DNA of 64,000 bases from Guillardia theta CCMP2712. Its lineage: Eukaryota; Protista; Cryptophyta. Both the position numbers and the translations under genes were made by a program. Positions 31,066 through 44,357 of the stretch are shown in pieces (within the stretch, counting starts at the first letter, position 1; every line of letters begins with the position of its first letter). The stretch spans positions 1,152,499 to 1,216,498 of the forward strand of contig NW_005434669.1 in assembly GCF_000315625.1 (NCBI RefSeq). The letters run 5' to 3'. The notes below the pieces were generated by a model. The model was not told where the DNA came from, did not search any database, and was given only the letters and a program-made list of their open reading frames with translations.

Positions 31066-32393
31066 TCATGATGACGGACTTGTGGCACTACCTTCTGGTC
31101 GCACCACTGATGGACTGGTCGCAGCTGAGTGTGGAGGGCAAGGACCGTCCTCGAGCTGCAATGTCGTGAGCCCGAGGGTCACCTGGTCGCCGACAACCAT
31201 CTGCGCATTCGGATCAATCGCTGTAAAGGCGAGTGAAGGGTTTCCAGTCAAACCTTTCTCGGGGCGGATGGGGCTCGATCGTTGCCCTCTCCAACAGGTC
31301 GAAGCCAGTCTCCATTCAGCTTTGTGCCGTTTGTCGAGGCAAGATCCTACAACACCCATCACGAACAAACAAACCTGTGCCGTCGTATTTACCTGGATAT
31401 ACACATCTCCACGTGCATCGCGCCAAATCTTGCAGTGCCTTTTGCTCACTTCAGGGTCACGAAGAAGAACCACGTCATTTGTGCGCGATCTTCCAATCTT
31501 AAACTACGCGTACAACAACAAGTCAACTCATGTCGCATGGTTTCTTGACAATCCTACCTCCCCTTGCTGCAGGTTGAGCGGTAGATGCGTGCTTGGATCG
31601 CATCTTACTGCTTCCTGAGCAGTGAGCAGAACAAGATGAAGTTCTGAAGGAAGCCAAACGAAGTTTGGATTGCGAATGATGTTCGGGATTGTGGAAAATG
31701 TACACGCCATAGCAGAACCTTCCTTGGCAGTCATGTTCTTCAGGACATGCCACCAAAGTTCAGAAGGGAGATCAGCCCTGACAAAGCACAGATGTAAGTC
31801 CAACTCCACGATCTTAAGACATCTATGTGAAATTACCAGACGACTGGGCGGATAAGAGTCCATCCCTCCTCACTAGAACACATCTTGCCGAGTTGCTTTA
31901 AAATCGCCAAAGGAGACTTCAACACGGTCGGCTCTCTCTGAAGCACATATCAGTCTCGATCTGGCAGTACAATTCATTTCACCGTATCATTGAGCAAACA
32001 TGCTTTAACGAGATCTCCAGCATTGTCAGTGCAGACCTCAATCTTTTGTACAAGGTGCCGCGAGGTGCGATGTTGCAGGTGGATGTATGTTGTCCCAGTT
32101 TCTCTCGATGAGTACCGATTCCTTGCCTGTTTGCAGCCACTCCCGAGTTTTTCATCAACCAATTCACCAAAAACGATCTTCTGGAGGAGCGAGACAAGGC
32201 CCATCATGTTCCTGCTGTTTTCATTGAAAGCCCTTGGCGTAGCATTCCTGCTGACATCGGCATCTGACGAAGAGGGCAAGCATCGGGAGTCTCTCCATTC
32301 AATTTCAAAATCCTTGGAGGCATTGTCGGTCTTGATCGTAATATTGACACCCTCCACAGGTGTAATGTCGCAGACTAACGCAGACGATGCCAT
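31066..32393 (-). CDS. F-box-like + FHA domain protein (multi-exon)
   Basis: FHA exons FKIGRSRTNDVVLLRDPEVSKRHCKI / DLASTNGTKLNG / VGDQVTLG. Upstream DLPSELWWHVLKNMTAKEGSAMACTF resembles an F-box. Confidence 0.7.
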
Positions 32394-34161
32394 GTTTTAA
32401 GTTCAAACCAACCGAAAAATCAACAACTCCGCTTTGATTTGATTCACAAGTTTTCTGCAGATTCCTCGTCTAAAGTATCAGAGTGACATGTTGAACCACA
32501 ATTGCACAGGTTACAACTGCCTATCGATCCGAGTCGTGGATGAATAACCCGAGGTATCCACCGCCGTCAAACGCGTTCACAGCAGCCCCTGGAGCAAACA
32601 AGTGAAAGAGTCGAGCCAGTTAAGAAGGGTTGATCTCCTTGATAACAGAGAAGATGTGAAGATACGTGGATGCAAGAGGATGAAGGAAGGGAACGAAAGG
32701 AAGATGCGGAGGGAAGGTGGGCCAAAAAGCTAAAGAGCAGGAGACGGAAGATGCTGCAATGGCGCGCGGAATGGAAGTGGAGGGCGTGCGCCACACAAAG
32801 GGGGTGGGTGGAGAGTTGGGGTGGTCAGAGGTAACTGGATTGAGAAGAGGGGGTAGGGTCGTATCAGCTATGTCGAGAAATTTACGACATTGGTGGGGTG
32901 AAATTCATTGAAAAGGGTGGGGTCCATGTTGTGGGCGGGGATTCGGGGGTAGTGGTATTTCAGTTTCATGATGGTGGGGTTGGGTGGGGTAGAAAAGTTG
33001 GGTTCTATACCAATATCCGGTACATTTCCTGTGAAATAAGGGGTCCTGTTTGAAAGGATTGGGGTCGAGATGAAATTTGAAGCTTTCATAGGGTAGGGGT
33101 AGGGTACAATCTGAGATACATTGCTAGGCTCCGGTGGGGTGTATATTCTAGGGGTTGGGTGGTAACAAAAGTGATGAATTGGTAGGGGTAAAGTGCATAC
33201 TGGTCGGAAAGGGTGTAGGGGTCATGTAAGAGGTCAGAGACTATATTGACCGTTCATTGCGAGGGGGTCATCGAGGACAAAAGTACGGGTAGGATATCGT
33301 TCATTTCCAGGGAGAAAGGTGGGTAGTAGCTACCTCTCGGACTGTCAAATGGTGCTGAGATGCTTTGGAGTACCCCAGTAATGAGGGTAGGGTACTCAGT
33401 AGTTAACGAACATGAAATAGGGGGTGGTGGGGTACGAAATGATCTCTGTTTCCTATGGTGGGTACCGGGTCTGCTTTTCAGGGGTAGGGGTGTTTTCCCG
33501 TAAATTTGTGCCGTTTTGGGAGCTGGGGGACATTCGGGTACCATTAGGGGAGAGAAGGGGTAGGGTCCATCGATGATTTCTTGAAATTGCAAATCTGGAA
33601 TGGGGGTGGGTCACTCGGACAGACGGGTCTATTTTCTATATAATCAAAGGGGTAGTTGTCTAGAGCCTCTTGGAGTCGTATGACGATCGAAAGGGTAGGG
33701 TATCTAGATTCGTGGGGAGGGTGGTGAGGGTAGTAGCGGGAGCTGGGTAGGGTACAAGTCGGTTGAGAGGGATGTGTGGACCAGAGGCAGCAAATCAAAG
33801 CCATCTGACAATTAAGTCAAGGGTGTGCTGCCCTTGTAAGACTTTTACTCAATCTGTGAAGCCTACTGCCATTGGTTTTCGGAAGAGTAGATTATATTTT
33901 CTGTCTTGCGAATTCCTCTAGTGATTTCACTGAGGCGAACTTGAATAATGCTTCTAAGAAAGTGAAAAGATGTTTTTTGCTGTCCCTGGGATCAAAGGAA
34001 AAGACAATCTGAGGCGGATGTTCTGTTGCACATAAGCCGCTCTGGCAGTGGAGACGGAGCAAGAGCAGGCAACAAGAGCACAAACAAGAGCATAGAGGGG
34101 GAGCAGGAAGTAAGAGGCAAGTGGTCTTGGGCTCAGCCTTCGATTGAAAGTCGGAGTAGCC

Positions 34162-35678
34162 ATGGGCAATAAGATATCAACAAGTGAAACCTTGGATAAA
34201 GAAGATTTGGAAAAGGTAAGCCACGACAACCAAAAACCTTTCTGTGCTTGAAGAAGGGATGGGCGAACAGTGAAAGATAGACGGGCGGGAGGGCAGAGAT
34301 GTAGGGGGGCAGAGGCAGGTAGAGGAGGCTGCTTCAGGATAATGTTATGGGTAACAACACTAAAACAGTAAATGGGAGGCATGTCATGATTGATGGAAGG
34401 AAAGGTGATTTAATCGAACTTGCAATGGGATGCAGGGGATGTGTCAAATCAATACATCACGATATGTCCCCATAACCTAAGAATAGAGGAAACGATTACA
34501 ATTTAGATATGTAGAAGACGAGTTTGCATAAACCAGACAGGATAGGGGAGGACCACTCCAACAGCAAGTGCCTGAAAAATCCTCAATGGGGGGTTAGAAA
34601 AATTCTACCTCAGACAAGAGGACTCGAAACCCCAGATGACAGGATATGAGTATTGCACGTGACATACTTCCGGCTTATACTTCTCACTTCGAATGAACCC
34701 TTGCATGAATAGATTGAAGAACTAAAGATGATCTCCAACTTTTCGGACAAAGAGCTTAACAGGTTGGTGATGCCAGATATGCTCTTGCACTCTTTGTTCC
34801 GAAACTGAATTGCTTACATCTCACTTTGCCGTTAAACAGATTAATACGAATATTCAATCAGCTTGATGCTGATAAGAGCGGAACTGTTGTACGTAGTTTT
34901 CTGTTTCTCAATGAATCTAATTTCTGATTGTTACAGGGTACCCAGGAGCTTTTTCAGATGAAAGAATTCAGAGCTAACCCCTTCATACACCGGTGGAGCT
35001 CTGTGTTCCATTGTTCAGCTGGCTGAAACTGTAGAAAAGGATAACAAAAGTCTCGCTGGGCAAAGAAGATGATGGCGACAACACCTCTCTGAGCATCCAA
35101 GAATTTGCGCAACTGATGTGAGCACTCAGCTTCATCCACGATTTTACGATGACAAATAAGCAGGAGTGTGTTTAGTATAAGAGCCACTCGCGAACAAAAA
35201 CTGAGGTTTGCTCAGTCCTGAAAGTTCAAAAATTGACATGCTCTTTTCTGTAGATATGCCTTCAAAATATATGATGTTGATGGTGATGGAAAGGTAAACT
35301 ATGTGATTCGTGGATAGCGCAGTTTATGTAGGGATAAGGCGTAGCTTTGCAAGACTAAGCCAATTTTCTATGCTGACATGGATATCTTGTCTGAAGATTT
35401 CTAAAGAAGATCTTAGAGAAACCCTTCAGCTCATCACCATGTCAAACGATGAAGATTTCCTTGAAGAGGTTTTGAATCAGGTATTTTGCAATCAATGCAA
35501 AGTAACCAACTTAAAGCTGTCAAAGGTGTTTCAAGAAGCTGATACTGATGAAGATGGTTTCATTTTGTTCGAAGACTTTTCTAAGGTTGCTCCCAGGAGC
35601 GCATTGGGTTAGCGGTTTACATTGCGGCAGGTGGTTATGAATTCAGACATCGAAGGCAAGCTTACCATCGATTTCTAG
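34162..35678 (+). CDS. CNB1: Calcineurin regulatory subunit B-like EF-hand protein (~10 exons)
   Basis: MGNKIS myristoylation start; SNFSDKELNRL..IFNQLDADKSGTV; F..NPFIHR; EQKLRYAFKIYDVDGDGKIS; EADTDEDGFILFEDF; ends KLTIDF-TAG. Confidence 0.85.
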
Positions 35679-35799
35679 CCTATTTCTCTGAAAAATCTCA
35701 TACTAAAAAGGACTGTATCGCATTGTATGTTTATTTGTAAATGATTTTGCTTCTACAAATGCCAATCGATTCAATCTGAAGATCATGCCATTTCGTTAC

Positions 35800-37780
35800 A
35801 AAGATTGGATTTAATCTTCCCATTTTCTTTTGCTTGCAATGTATCGAGGAGAAGTACACAACGAATCACGGATATCTTATTTATTTACAGTATTGTTCGA
35901 ACATGAGTTGAATTTTCAATATGGCTACTATTTACAACTGATTTACATTTCTTGGATTGGCGCAATCTCGCAGAACGAATCTCGTCCATCAATTCTTTTC
36001 CATCGCTCTTGACGCGAATTGCTACACATTTTTCATTACTTGGCTGCACATCGGGTTTTTCCATGTTGTCAACAAACGCTTGCTGTGCCTCGTTCAGTCT
36101 GAAACATTTTCTTCTTCGTGTGAGGCTGATCTCATGGATGACAATCTTCCTGCTTGATGGTGTATTGATCGATTCGGTACAGTCCGTGTAATGCATGGCA
36201 GATCCTTGCTAGTGCTGGAGGGCGGCACTCGACGAGGGTTTTGTAGGGTGCTCCGCGTGACTCGGTAATCATGTAAATTACTACCAGGAACTTGCTGACA
36301 TGATGGGTTCTACGATGTCATCCGCTGACTTCTTGGCCAGTCATGGAAGCTCTTAAAATAGTGTTTTAGCCGAAATCAGAGAGGTCGCAGGGTGTAGAGG
36401 GGACCTAGGGAGGATATAAGAGAATCGCTATGGGCTATGCCCCACATCGATTTGTTCCTCACCCCGAGATCTGGCCGAGATGTCATCAAGACCTCGGGCA
36501 GGTTATCAGAACGTTTTAATTTCGTTTTCGATTTCTGTACTTCTTCAAGGATATGTATCCAAAACCCAAACGGTTAGGATCTCGCCGCCTGTCTGAAATG
36601 TTCCAACTCTTTCTGGAGCGAGCGTTGTGGCATACCCCGGTTTTGCTTGAGCACTTCAAAAGGAATACATCACCCAAGCACTGCAGGTGTGCTTTTTGGA
36701 GGAATCCTGAGATTCCTGTAAAAATCCCTCGTGACTTCTTCACCGAAATCCGTGACTGACGAACGTTGCTTGGAATCTTCTTGTAGTAAATATGGTCTCA
36801 CGGTCTCATCGGAACGGGGTACTTTCCGATGTGAATCAAGACAGGGGTGGTCCCAGTATAAAACGGTCACATGGGACTGATGACACGCTGACGCAGCAAA
36901 ACCTGATCTCGCCTTGAAGCTCCACCGTCTGTCTAGCTAGACGTGACGAGATCTTTCGGTCCGCATGACCAGAACCCCTTGGATTTCTCAACCCAGGATA
37001 CTCCTTCCATTTTAATTAAACTCCTTCACTTGTCTCGAAGATACCTTCTGCATATCACTAGAGATGAGATAAGAATCCTTGGTCTTCCTCTCCCTCCTCT
37101 TGCCTCTACCCTCTCCCTGTCATTTGTTTCATTTCTGCTTTCCCTTTCATCATATCCTACCTCGGAAAGGAAACTTCACACGGCCATTTTGGATATTACG
37201 GTATCGGTGCAGATTGCAGATTTCGAGCTCTTATTCATTCATAGGAGGTTGTGGAAACTCTACTTCACACATTCTTGCCATGTCTTGCACAGAATGTTCT
37301 TTTGTCTTTCAATCGTTTCAAAGAAAGAACGTCAAAAAGATGTTCAGATTGAGTATTTCACAACAAGCATATGTTGAATCAATGCCAAGCATGGAAAGCA
37401 AACAACAGTCCTTGAATCCGCAATTAGGACAGTATTACTTCAACTACAATGGAGAGAGATTGTTGAATTCCATCCAAACAGCCAAAAGTAAATACTGCCT
37501 TCGAAAGAAGAGAAAGGCAACCAACGACTCTCCTTCCAATCAGCAAGTGCTTGGAGAGATCATTCAAGAGTCGAACAGATATCTCTCATAGCTATACACT
37601 CAGTTAGAGAGTTTAAGCTAAGCATGTAAACCTACAATAAATCAAGATCCCACTCCATCCTGTGCTGATGAACCTCATTGAAATGAGGCAGTGACGCTGC
37701 ATCATTCAATGATTAAGCCAGTGATGTTCACATAGCGACTCTGAGATCCGGATCGACATCTGACTGCATACCTTGAACAT
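35800..37780 (-). CDS. Hypothetical multi-exon protein
   Basis: Several short open segments with GT/AG boundaries (e.g. FFETIERQKNILCKTWQECVK, LEICNLHRYRNIQNGRVKFPFR). No recognisable family. Confidence 0.3.
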
Positions 37781-37789
37781 ACTCAGTAC

Positions 37790-38660
37790 GCAAGAGCTCC
37801 CAGCAGTGATGAATTTTCCTCAGTCTCACGGTCAGTATTGAAGTGACCGTACATAGCATCACGGTTAAATGTCGCCGGAGTCCACTCAGCCTGGCCGCCC
37901 GGCAGTGTGGCATCCGATGATCAGTGTACGGGGGCCGCACTATCACTCAGTCACCGTAAGGCTCAAAGTTAAGTTCAAACACTTGAGGCTCAGGTCACTT
38001 GTGATCGGACTGTCCCTGAGGCTCAGGTCTCACTTGCCAGTGCCACACTGTGACAGTCGGACTGTCCGAACCGGAAGTCTGTCAAGCCCGGGCCACTGCC
38101 GGCCCCCAGGCCCCCAGGCCCGGCGGCCCGGTCGGACACTGGCCAGCGACCGTACGGCCCGGGGGGTTCTCCCGGGCCGACTCACCCTCGGCCGCCGCCG
38201 CCGAGTCCGCCATCCGACACTGCGGCTGCCGCAAACTGATCAGTGAGAGTCAGGCCGGGCTCCGAGCTCGGCAAACTTGGCTTGAAACTCGGAGCGGCGG
38301 CCCGCTGAGCGGCGGCCGCCGCCCGGTACGGTACTAGTCCAAAGTCACGCAGATATCCGACTGTCACATTCATCGACCTTAGTTGCAACAAGACAGTTTT
38401 TGCTCAAGACCGAGTTTAATGCACACAAAACCAGATTTGAGGAGCACATGAGAGATAGACTGTATGCTAGCGTACGGTACCTCAGTGGCAGTGGGCCGCC
38501 GGATCGGACTGCGATCCGATCCGATGATCCGGCGGTGATCGCCGCCGGACTGAGCCTCAGGCTCGGAAAAAAGTTTGACCGTATCCGGGAGTCACTACTG
38601 GCAAGGTCAGAGTCGCAATGGAGCCGCAGCGCCGTCAAGCTGCGGTGACTCAAAAGCAAG
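37790..38660. promoter_or_regulatory. GC-rich palindromic intergenic island
   Basis: Same motif vocabulary as 8160-8640, between apparently divergent genes. Confidence 0.5.
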
Positions 38661-38760
38661 CGCAGGTAACGAGGAGTCGGAGAAGTCGGAGGGAGGAGGT
38701 CCCGAGGGAGGAGGGAGTGACCGAGAAGAGAAGCCGGGAGAGGGAGAAGGGAGAAGGGAG

Positions 38761-40150
38761 GATGACAGACTTTTTTGCGACAGAACGAGCGGCTGGAGAA
38801 CTTGATAGTGTCTTCGACCATCTCAGCGTTTCACAAAGACGCGTTGCTGATGCCACTGCCTGGAGACTTGACAAGCGTGAGCAAGGGCTGTTTGGGATCT
38901 ATCTTTGAACTAAGACGTCGATTCATACGCTTCAGATCAAGAATCATATTGTTGTGACATTGAAGAGAAACAACGGTTGTCCAGAGGATATTCTAGGGCA
39001 AGGTTGTTATTAACTTATTGAGCAGATTCGGCATCAGCACGAGTTGGAGTTGGACTAGAAATTCAAATGATTGCCCTGGTAGAAATTGTATCATCAACCT
39101 GAAAGTTGACTTGTAGTGAAGGGCCAATTCTTGATCACATCCGTTCTGCCGAATGTGACTTGTTCTCTAGTCGCCTTCCGACTTGATTCAATGATTGCCA
39201 GGGATCGGCAGCAAACTGTGGGAGAATCTTTCCAGGGATGCAACTTGTTGCAGTCAATGACATCAGACTAGTGGATAAGAAACTACACGTAAGGAATTTT
39301 GAGCAGGTTATGAATTCTGAGCAAGAATTCAACATTTGTGATAGGATGTTTCAAGACTCATCCTTGGAGAGCCGAACACGGAAGTCAAACTTACGCTCAT
39401 CAAGGCATGATTGCTGGCTGAGGGGTTTTCAACGACATGACTGCATTGTTTTGCAGAGCTACTTCACAGACGCGGAGAAGGTAAATGACTTCATTGATCG
39501 ATGTTAATGAAATCGATTCCTGTCAGTCCATCAAACATGGCTTGCAGCTTACCAATCAGAGTCTGACTCAACTGATTGAGGTGGGGTCAAACCAACACAA
39601 TTTGTCCTCATAGCATGATTCGTGTGTATGTTGTACGTGACGGATTAGGTACAGAACTACAACAATGCAAGATTCAGTCAGCGAGGATACGATGGTGAGT
39701 CCTTGACCTTTTGCTCCATGTTGAAGATGTTCTCTTGCTTCCTGGTCGGAGCTGGGGCTTCTGACTTACGTTTTGTGACGTATGATATAATACTGTTTGT
39801 CGAGCAGGCTACCAGGTCATCGCTAGCTTGCCAATGATACAATGATCGTGACTTGGAAATCTCAGGAGCCATTGGTTCCAACCCGAATCGTCAATTTTGC
39901 TTACAAGCAGGAGGAGGAATTTGCAGGCAGAGGACATGTCAGCTCACACATCTTTTACAGCAGCTCGTCGTTACCTCCTGCTACACCTCAGACTCCTTTC
40001 ACTCCGATGCAACATGTTCCAGCAGCAATGGTCAACGGCCAGTTTCCTACGGTGAAAGCAGCTCCGGCCGGCGCTGAGTTTCTGCGGCGAATGGTTTAAG
40101 AGCTGTTGCACATTCTCAGCAGCTCAGCAGCAGCACGCTGTCCAAGTCCG
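38761..40150 (+). CDS. PDZ-domain-containing exons (possibly the 5' part of the downstream kinase gene)
   Basis: ARVGVGLEI / GQFLITS / GSAANCGRIFPGMQLVAVNDIRL / DVSRLILGEPNTEVKLTLIK match the PDZ consensus. Confidence 0.65.
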
Positions 40151-40179
40151 TAAGCATTCAGCCGACGACGTCGACAGAA

Positions 40180-40180
40180 A

Positions 40181-40211
<31 letters not shown>

Positions 40212-40386
40212 GGCAGGATCAGAAGCAGGGGCAGGGGCAGGGGCAGGGGCAGGGGCAGGAGCAGAAGCAGGGGCAGGGGCAGGGGCAGGGGCAGGGGCAG
40301 GGGCAGGGGCAGGGGCAGGTGCAGGTGCAGGTGCAGGTAAAGGAGCAGAAGCAGGAGCAGGAGCAGGCGCAGGCGCAGGCGCAGGC

Positions 40387-40460
<74 letters not shown>

Positions 40461-40538
40461 ATTCTACCGGCTGTTTGGGAGCAGCAATCTCTTCAAGTCA
40501 GTGAGCGTGAAGCCATCGGTATCAACGGTTGGGGGACG

Positions 40539-40576
<38 letters not shown>

Positions 40577-40638
40577 CAGAAGCAGCAGAAGCAGGTGCAG
40601 GTGCAGGTGCAGGTGCAGGTGCAGGTGCAGGTGCAGGT

Positions 40639-40687
<49 letters not shown>

Positions 40688-40690
40688 ACA
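40180..40690. repeat. (GCAGG[A/G/T])n hexanucleotide array
   Basis: Direct read; two blocks. Confidence 0.9.
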
Positions 40691-42008
40691 ACCAACAAAC
40701 CAGTCTGACAGTGCCGCGCGAGCCCGTACGTTACATGATGACGATCAAGAAGAAAGTGACTGTTTACAGATGAAGAACATAGAAGTAAAGAGCGCTGGAG
40801 AACTAGCAAGTCATTTTGTTCCGCTGAGCCATGTGAATCGAAAACTTGAAGTTTCCTGGGTGACTGACTGTCAACAAGGCGAGTTCTCAGCAAGCAGGAG
40901 GGCAGCAGATGGTTGGAAGAGAACCAGAGAATGCAGGGAATGTGCATGCGGAAGTTGGAGAGCTGCTAGAAGATGAAGAAAGTATTCCTCATGATCCTTT
41001 CGATGTTGAGAAAGAGCAGCAGGGTATGTTATGACTGCATGCTTGTGTTTGTTTACAATTGACAGCTTTACCCAGGGGCTCCTCTATCATCAGATTTATC
41101 AAAGTGTGTTATAAAGATTTCTTTCTGTTTGTTGTTCCTTGTAATCTCTTGCGTTCAGCTGGCCGATCAAAGCGTGCAGTCAAGGAGTTTCTCTGCAAAC
41201 AGTCCTGATGAAAACGGACGACAAGACCTCTACGGTCGCTGTGGTACTTGATATTGAGAGTATGCTTTTCTTTCTAATGACCTTGCGCTGTCAGACCCAG
41301 ACAGGACGCTATGAAGAGGTCAGAAGGAAATCTTGCTTTCTCAAAAATGATCCATGTTGTTAGGTTGTTGTCCTCAAAGTCTTGCAAGCATCAGGTAAGA
41401 ACATTTCTTCTTCACGTGTGTTTGCGCTCACTTTCTTTCAGCCGATTCAAGGATGAAACGCAGAATGATGCGGGAGGTGCTATACTTTTCTGCCCGCCCC
41501 GTTCCTCCTGATCGTGCATCAACCTCTTCTCCTCCCCCTTCACTCTCCCTCTTCCTCCTCCTCCTCTGAGCGACATCAAGGTCGAACTGCTCTCGCACGT
41601 TCTACATCCCAACATCATTCAGGAATTTTCGTCTCCTCGTGCTTCAGTTCATAACCTTCTCAGCAGTCGAGGAACCGAGGGAGGGAGGAGGATGGTCGGG
41701 TTTGGACTTGGAACTCGTACGCGTACGGCTTGTAAGCATGGAAGGAGGCGGAGAGGGGAATGGCGATAAGGAAGAGCTTGAGAAAAGTGAGGGGAGGTAG
41801 AGGGAAGGAGAGCAAGGGGGATCAAATGATTTTGAAGAATTTCTTATCTTCTTGCAGGAAAGTTGATTCTTTTATACAAGAATATGAAGTGATGCAACCA
41901 GAAGTTGTAGCCCTGGTCGTGAAAGGTAAAATTAATGTTGACAAGATAATCAAAAGCGACATCGTGAATGTCATCATCATCATCATTATCATCATTATCA
42001 TCATAATT

Positions 42009-42099
<91 letters not shown>

Positions 42100-43620
42100 A
42101 GCAGCAGCAGCTGCTGCTGCTGCTGCTGCATTATCATCGTCATCGTCGTCGTCGTCGTCATCATCATCATCATCATCATTACTGCAATGTTCTCAACAGG
42201 CTGCAGGTACACTTCAAGCTCTCGAAGCGATTCATGCGATGAATGTAAACGGAAAGATTGTTTTGTTGGAATGTTCTTGAGGAGCCAACAGTTCATTCAT
42301 CGCGACATTCAACCCAGACACATCATGTATGATCGAAGAACAAAGAGCGTCAAGGTGAGGAGTGAACAGAACGTAATTGGAGGAGAGGGGAGATGTGAGC
42401 AACGTTGCAGTTGATCGATGCTGGACAAGCGATCAAGATAGGAAGCAGGAACATTGACAGGTCTCTTCTTACCCCCTCCCCTCCCTCCCCTTCTCCTCCC
42501 TCTCTCTGATTTCTTCTACTCCTCTGTTCTTCCTGCAGCTTTCTTTGCATGTGCTTTATCATTCCTCATCCATTTTCTCCTCCTCCTCTTCCTCTTCTTC
42601 CTCCTCCTCATTTCTTGTACCTGCAGCAACCTTCTCGAGGCCAACGCTTTCTTCCTCGCGCCAGAGCAGGTGGGAACAAGTCTCTTCCTGCAAACCTCAA
42701 CAAATCCTCACCACCATCTTTTCTCTCTTCTCATCTGCTCCATATCTTCTGCGCTTCTTCCGGTTTCTGTGCCCCTTCACCGTTTCCTGTGCCCGCACTC
42801 CTCCTCCTCCTCTTTCTCCTCCTATTGTCCTGACGGTTCCTCTCAAGATCCGGGAGGATCTCTTTCTCTCTTCCTCCTGCGACATCTGGTCAGTCGCAGT
42901 CCTCATGTTCTACTGCTCTACAGGTCGTCACTTCCTCCTCTCCTCTCCTCCTCTTGACCTTCCGTCCTCTCCCTCTCTATCTCCTTCTTCACGTTCTTAC
43001 AGTAGTCAATTTCCTCCTAACTTCAACTTGCTCGCTCCGACTGCCCCCTCCCTACCTTTCTCACCTTCCCAACTTGTCTCCCTGCTCTTCTTCTTTCTCA
43101 CTTGCTGATCCACCAGGTCAATTTCCCTTTGGAAAACAAGGAGACTCCATCAAGGAAATCTCCGACAAGATTCTCACTCAGGTGCTAGAGCATAACCTGT
43201 CCTGTCCTGTCCTGTCCTGCACTTTCTAGTATCTTTCCTTGCCTTGCCCTGTGATTGCTGGCTTTCTGATCTAGTTCTTCTTCAGCCGCACCGAGATATC
43301 GTTGCTGCCAGTCAAGGAAGAATTTCTCTCAAGTTCAAGAAGGTGAAATCATCTCCCGTCCTTCCTGCTGTTTGAACTCCCCGGTCCCTCTTGTCCTATC
43401 CCTCTCCCTGTCCCTATCTCTTGTTTTCCTCGAATCTAATTCTGAGACCTCGCACTCCTCGTCCTGCTCCTCTCGCCTGCTCTGCTTTTGCACATTCCTT
43501 TCCTTATCCTTTCCGTGTCACTGACGTGAGATGCACAGTTTTGCGACGAAATTCTCATCAAGGACGTCGAAAGGAGGATAGCTTCGGCGCAAGAAGCAAT
43601 TCAACTTCTGATCTAACATC
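40690..43620 (+). CDS. Ser/Thr protein kinase-like protein, probable pseudokinase (multi-exon)
   Basis: Exons VVVLKVL (II), VELLSHVLHPNII (IV), FIHRDIQPRHIMY (VIb), LIDAGQA (VII), FLAPEQ (VIII), SCDIWSVAVLMFYCSTG/QFPF (IX). Start uncertain. Confidence 0.7.
41968..42180. repeat. (CAT)n / (CGT)n / (GCT)n microsatellite in kinase intron
   Basis: Direct read. Confidence 0.9.
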
Positions 43621-43669
43621 GCCAAATTCGTGATAGAATGCATTGACACTCGTAGTATTTTTCTATCAT

Positions 43670-44282
43670 CCCAGTCTTGCATCGACTCTTTGTTGACAGA
43701 TTTTCTCTTGTTTAACAAGAAGTCATTATTGTGCATTCTTGTCACTTTCGTAATACAGAGAACCCCGGTGTGCTGGAGGACTGCAGGGGATAGGAATGAG
43801 GTTGTTGGGTGAGGGTGGTGAGAAATGATCAGCAGGAGAGTCAAGATGGTCTTGCAAAGGTGACCCGGACTGAGCTACTGAGAAAAGAAGTCAAGGAAAG
43901 CGATGAAGTTGATCGGAAAGTGCAGGGTGGAGGAGGAGAAGGTTGGGAGAAGGGAGAAGGAGAATAGAAAGAAGGAGGCTAGAGAGCAGGAGGAGGCAAG
44001 AGATAAGTGAGAGGAGTGCACGAGGAAGAGGAAGCGAGGGAGGAGGTGCAAGTGAATGATAATAGGGGGGGGGGTGGGAGGGAGGAGCGACTGAGAAAAC
44101 TCAAACCTTTCAGCTGTCTTTTCAGATCTTGAAGAGTTTGAGTCAAAGCAGCAATCTCACCTACATCAGCATTCACTCAACATCTCCATATACTGAGACT
44201 CTTCAACTTCATTTGCTCTGTTTGCATCTTCCCTTCGTCTTCAATTGTGGTCAACCATGACGACAACATAGCAAAATGGAAT

Positions 44283-44357
<75 letters not shown>

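Noticed and set aside
32868-34382. Pro-rich minus-strand ORFs as a retroelement
   Set aside because: No RT, endonuclease, gag or integrase motifs recognisable; the composition reflects G-run bias.
34605-34640. tRNA T-arm-like motif (minus strand ggggtttcgagtcctc)
   Set aside because: No acceptor stem, D-arm or anticodon arm can be folded; it lies in calcineurin B intron 1.
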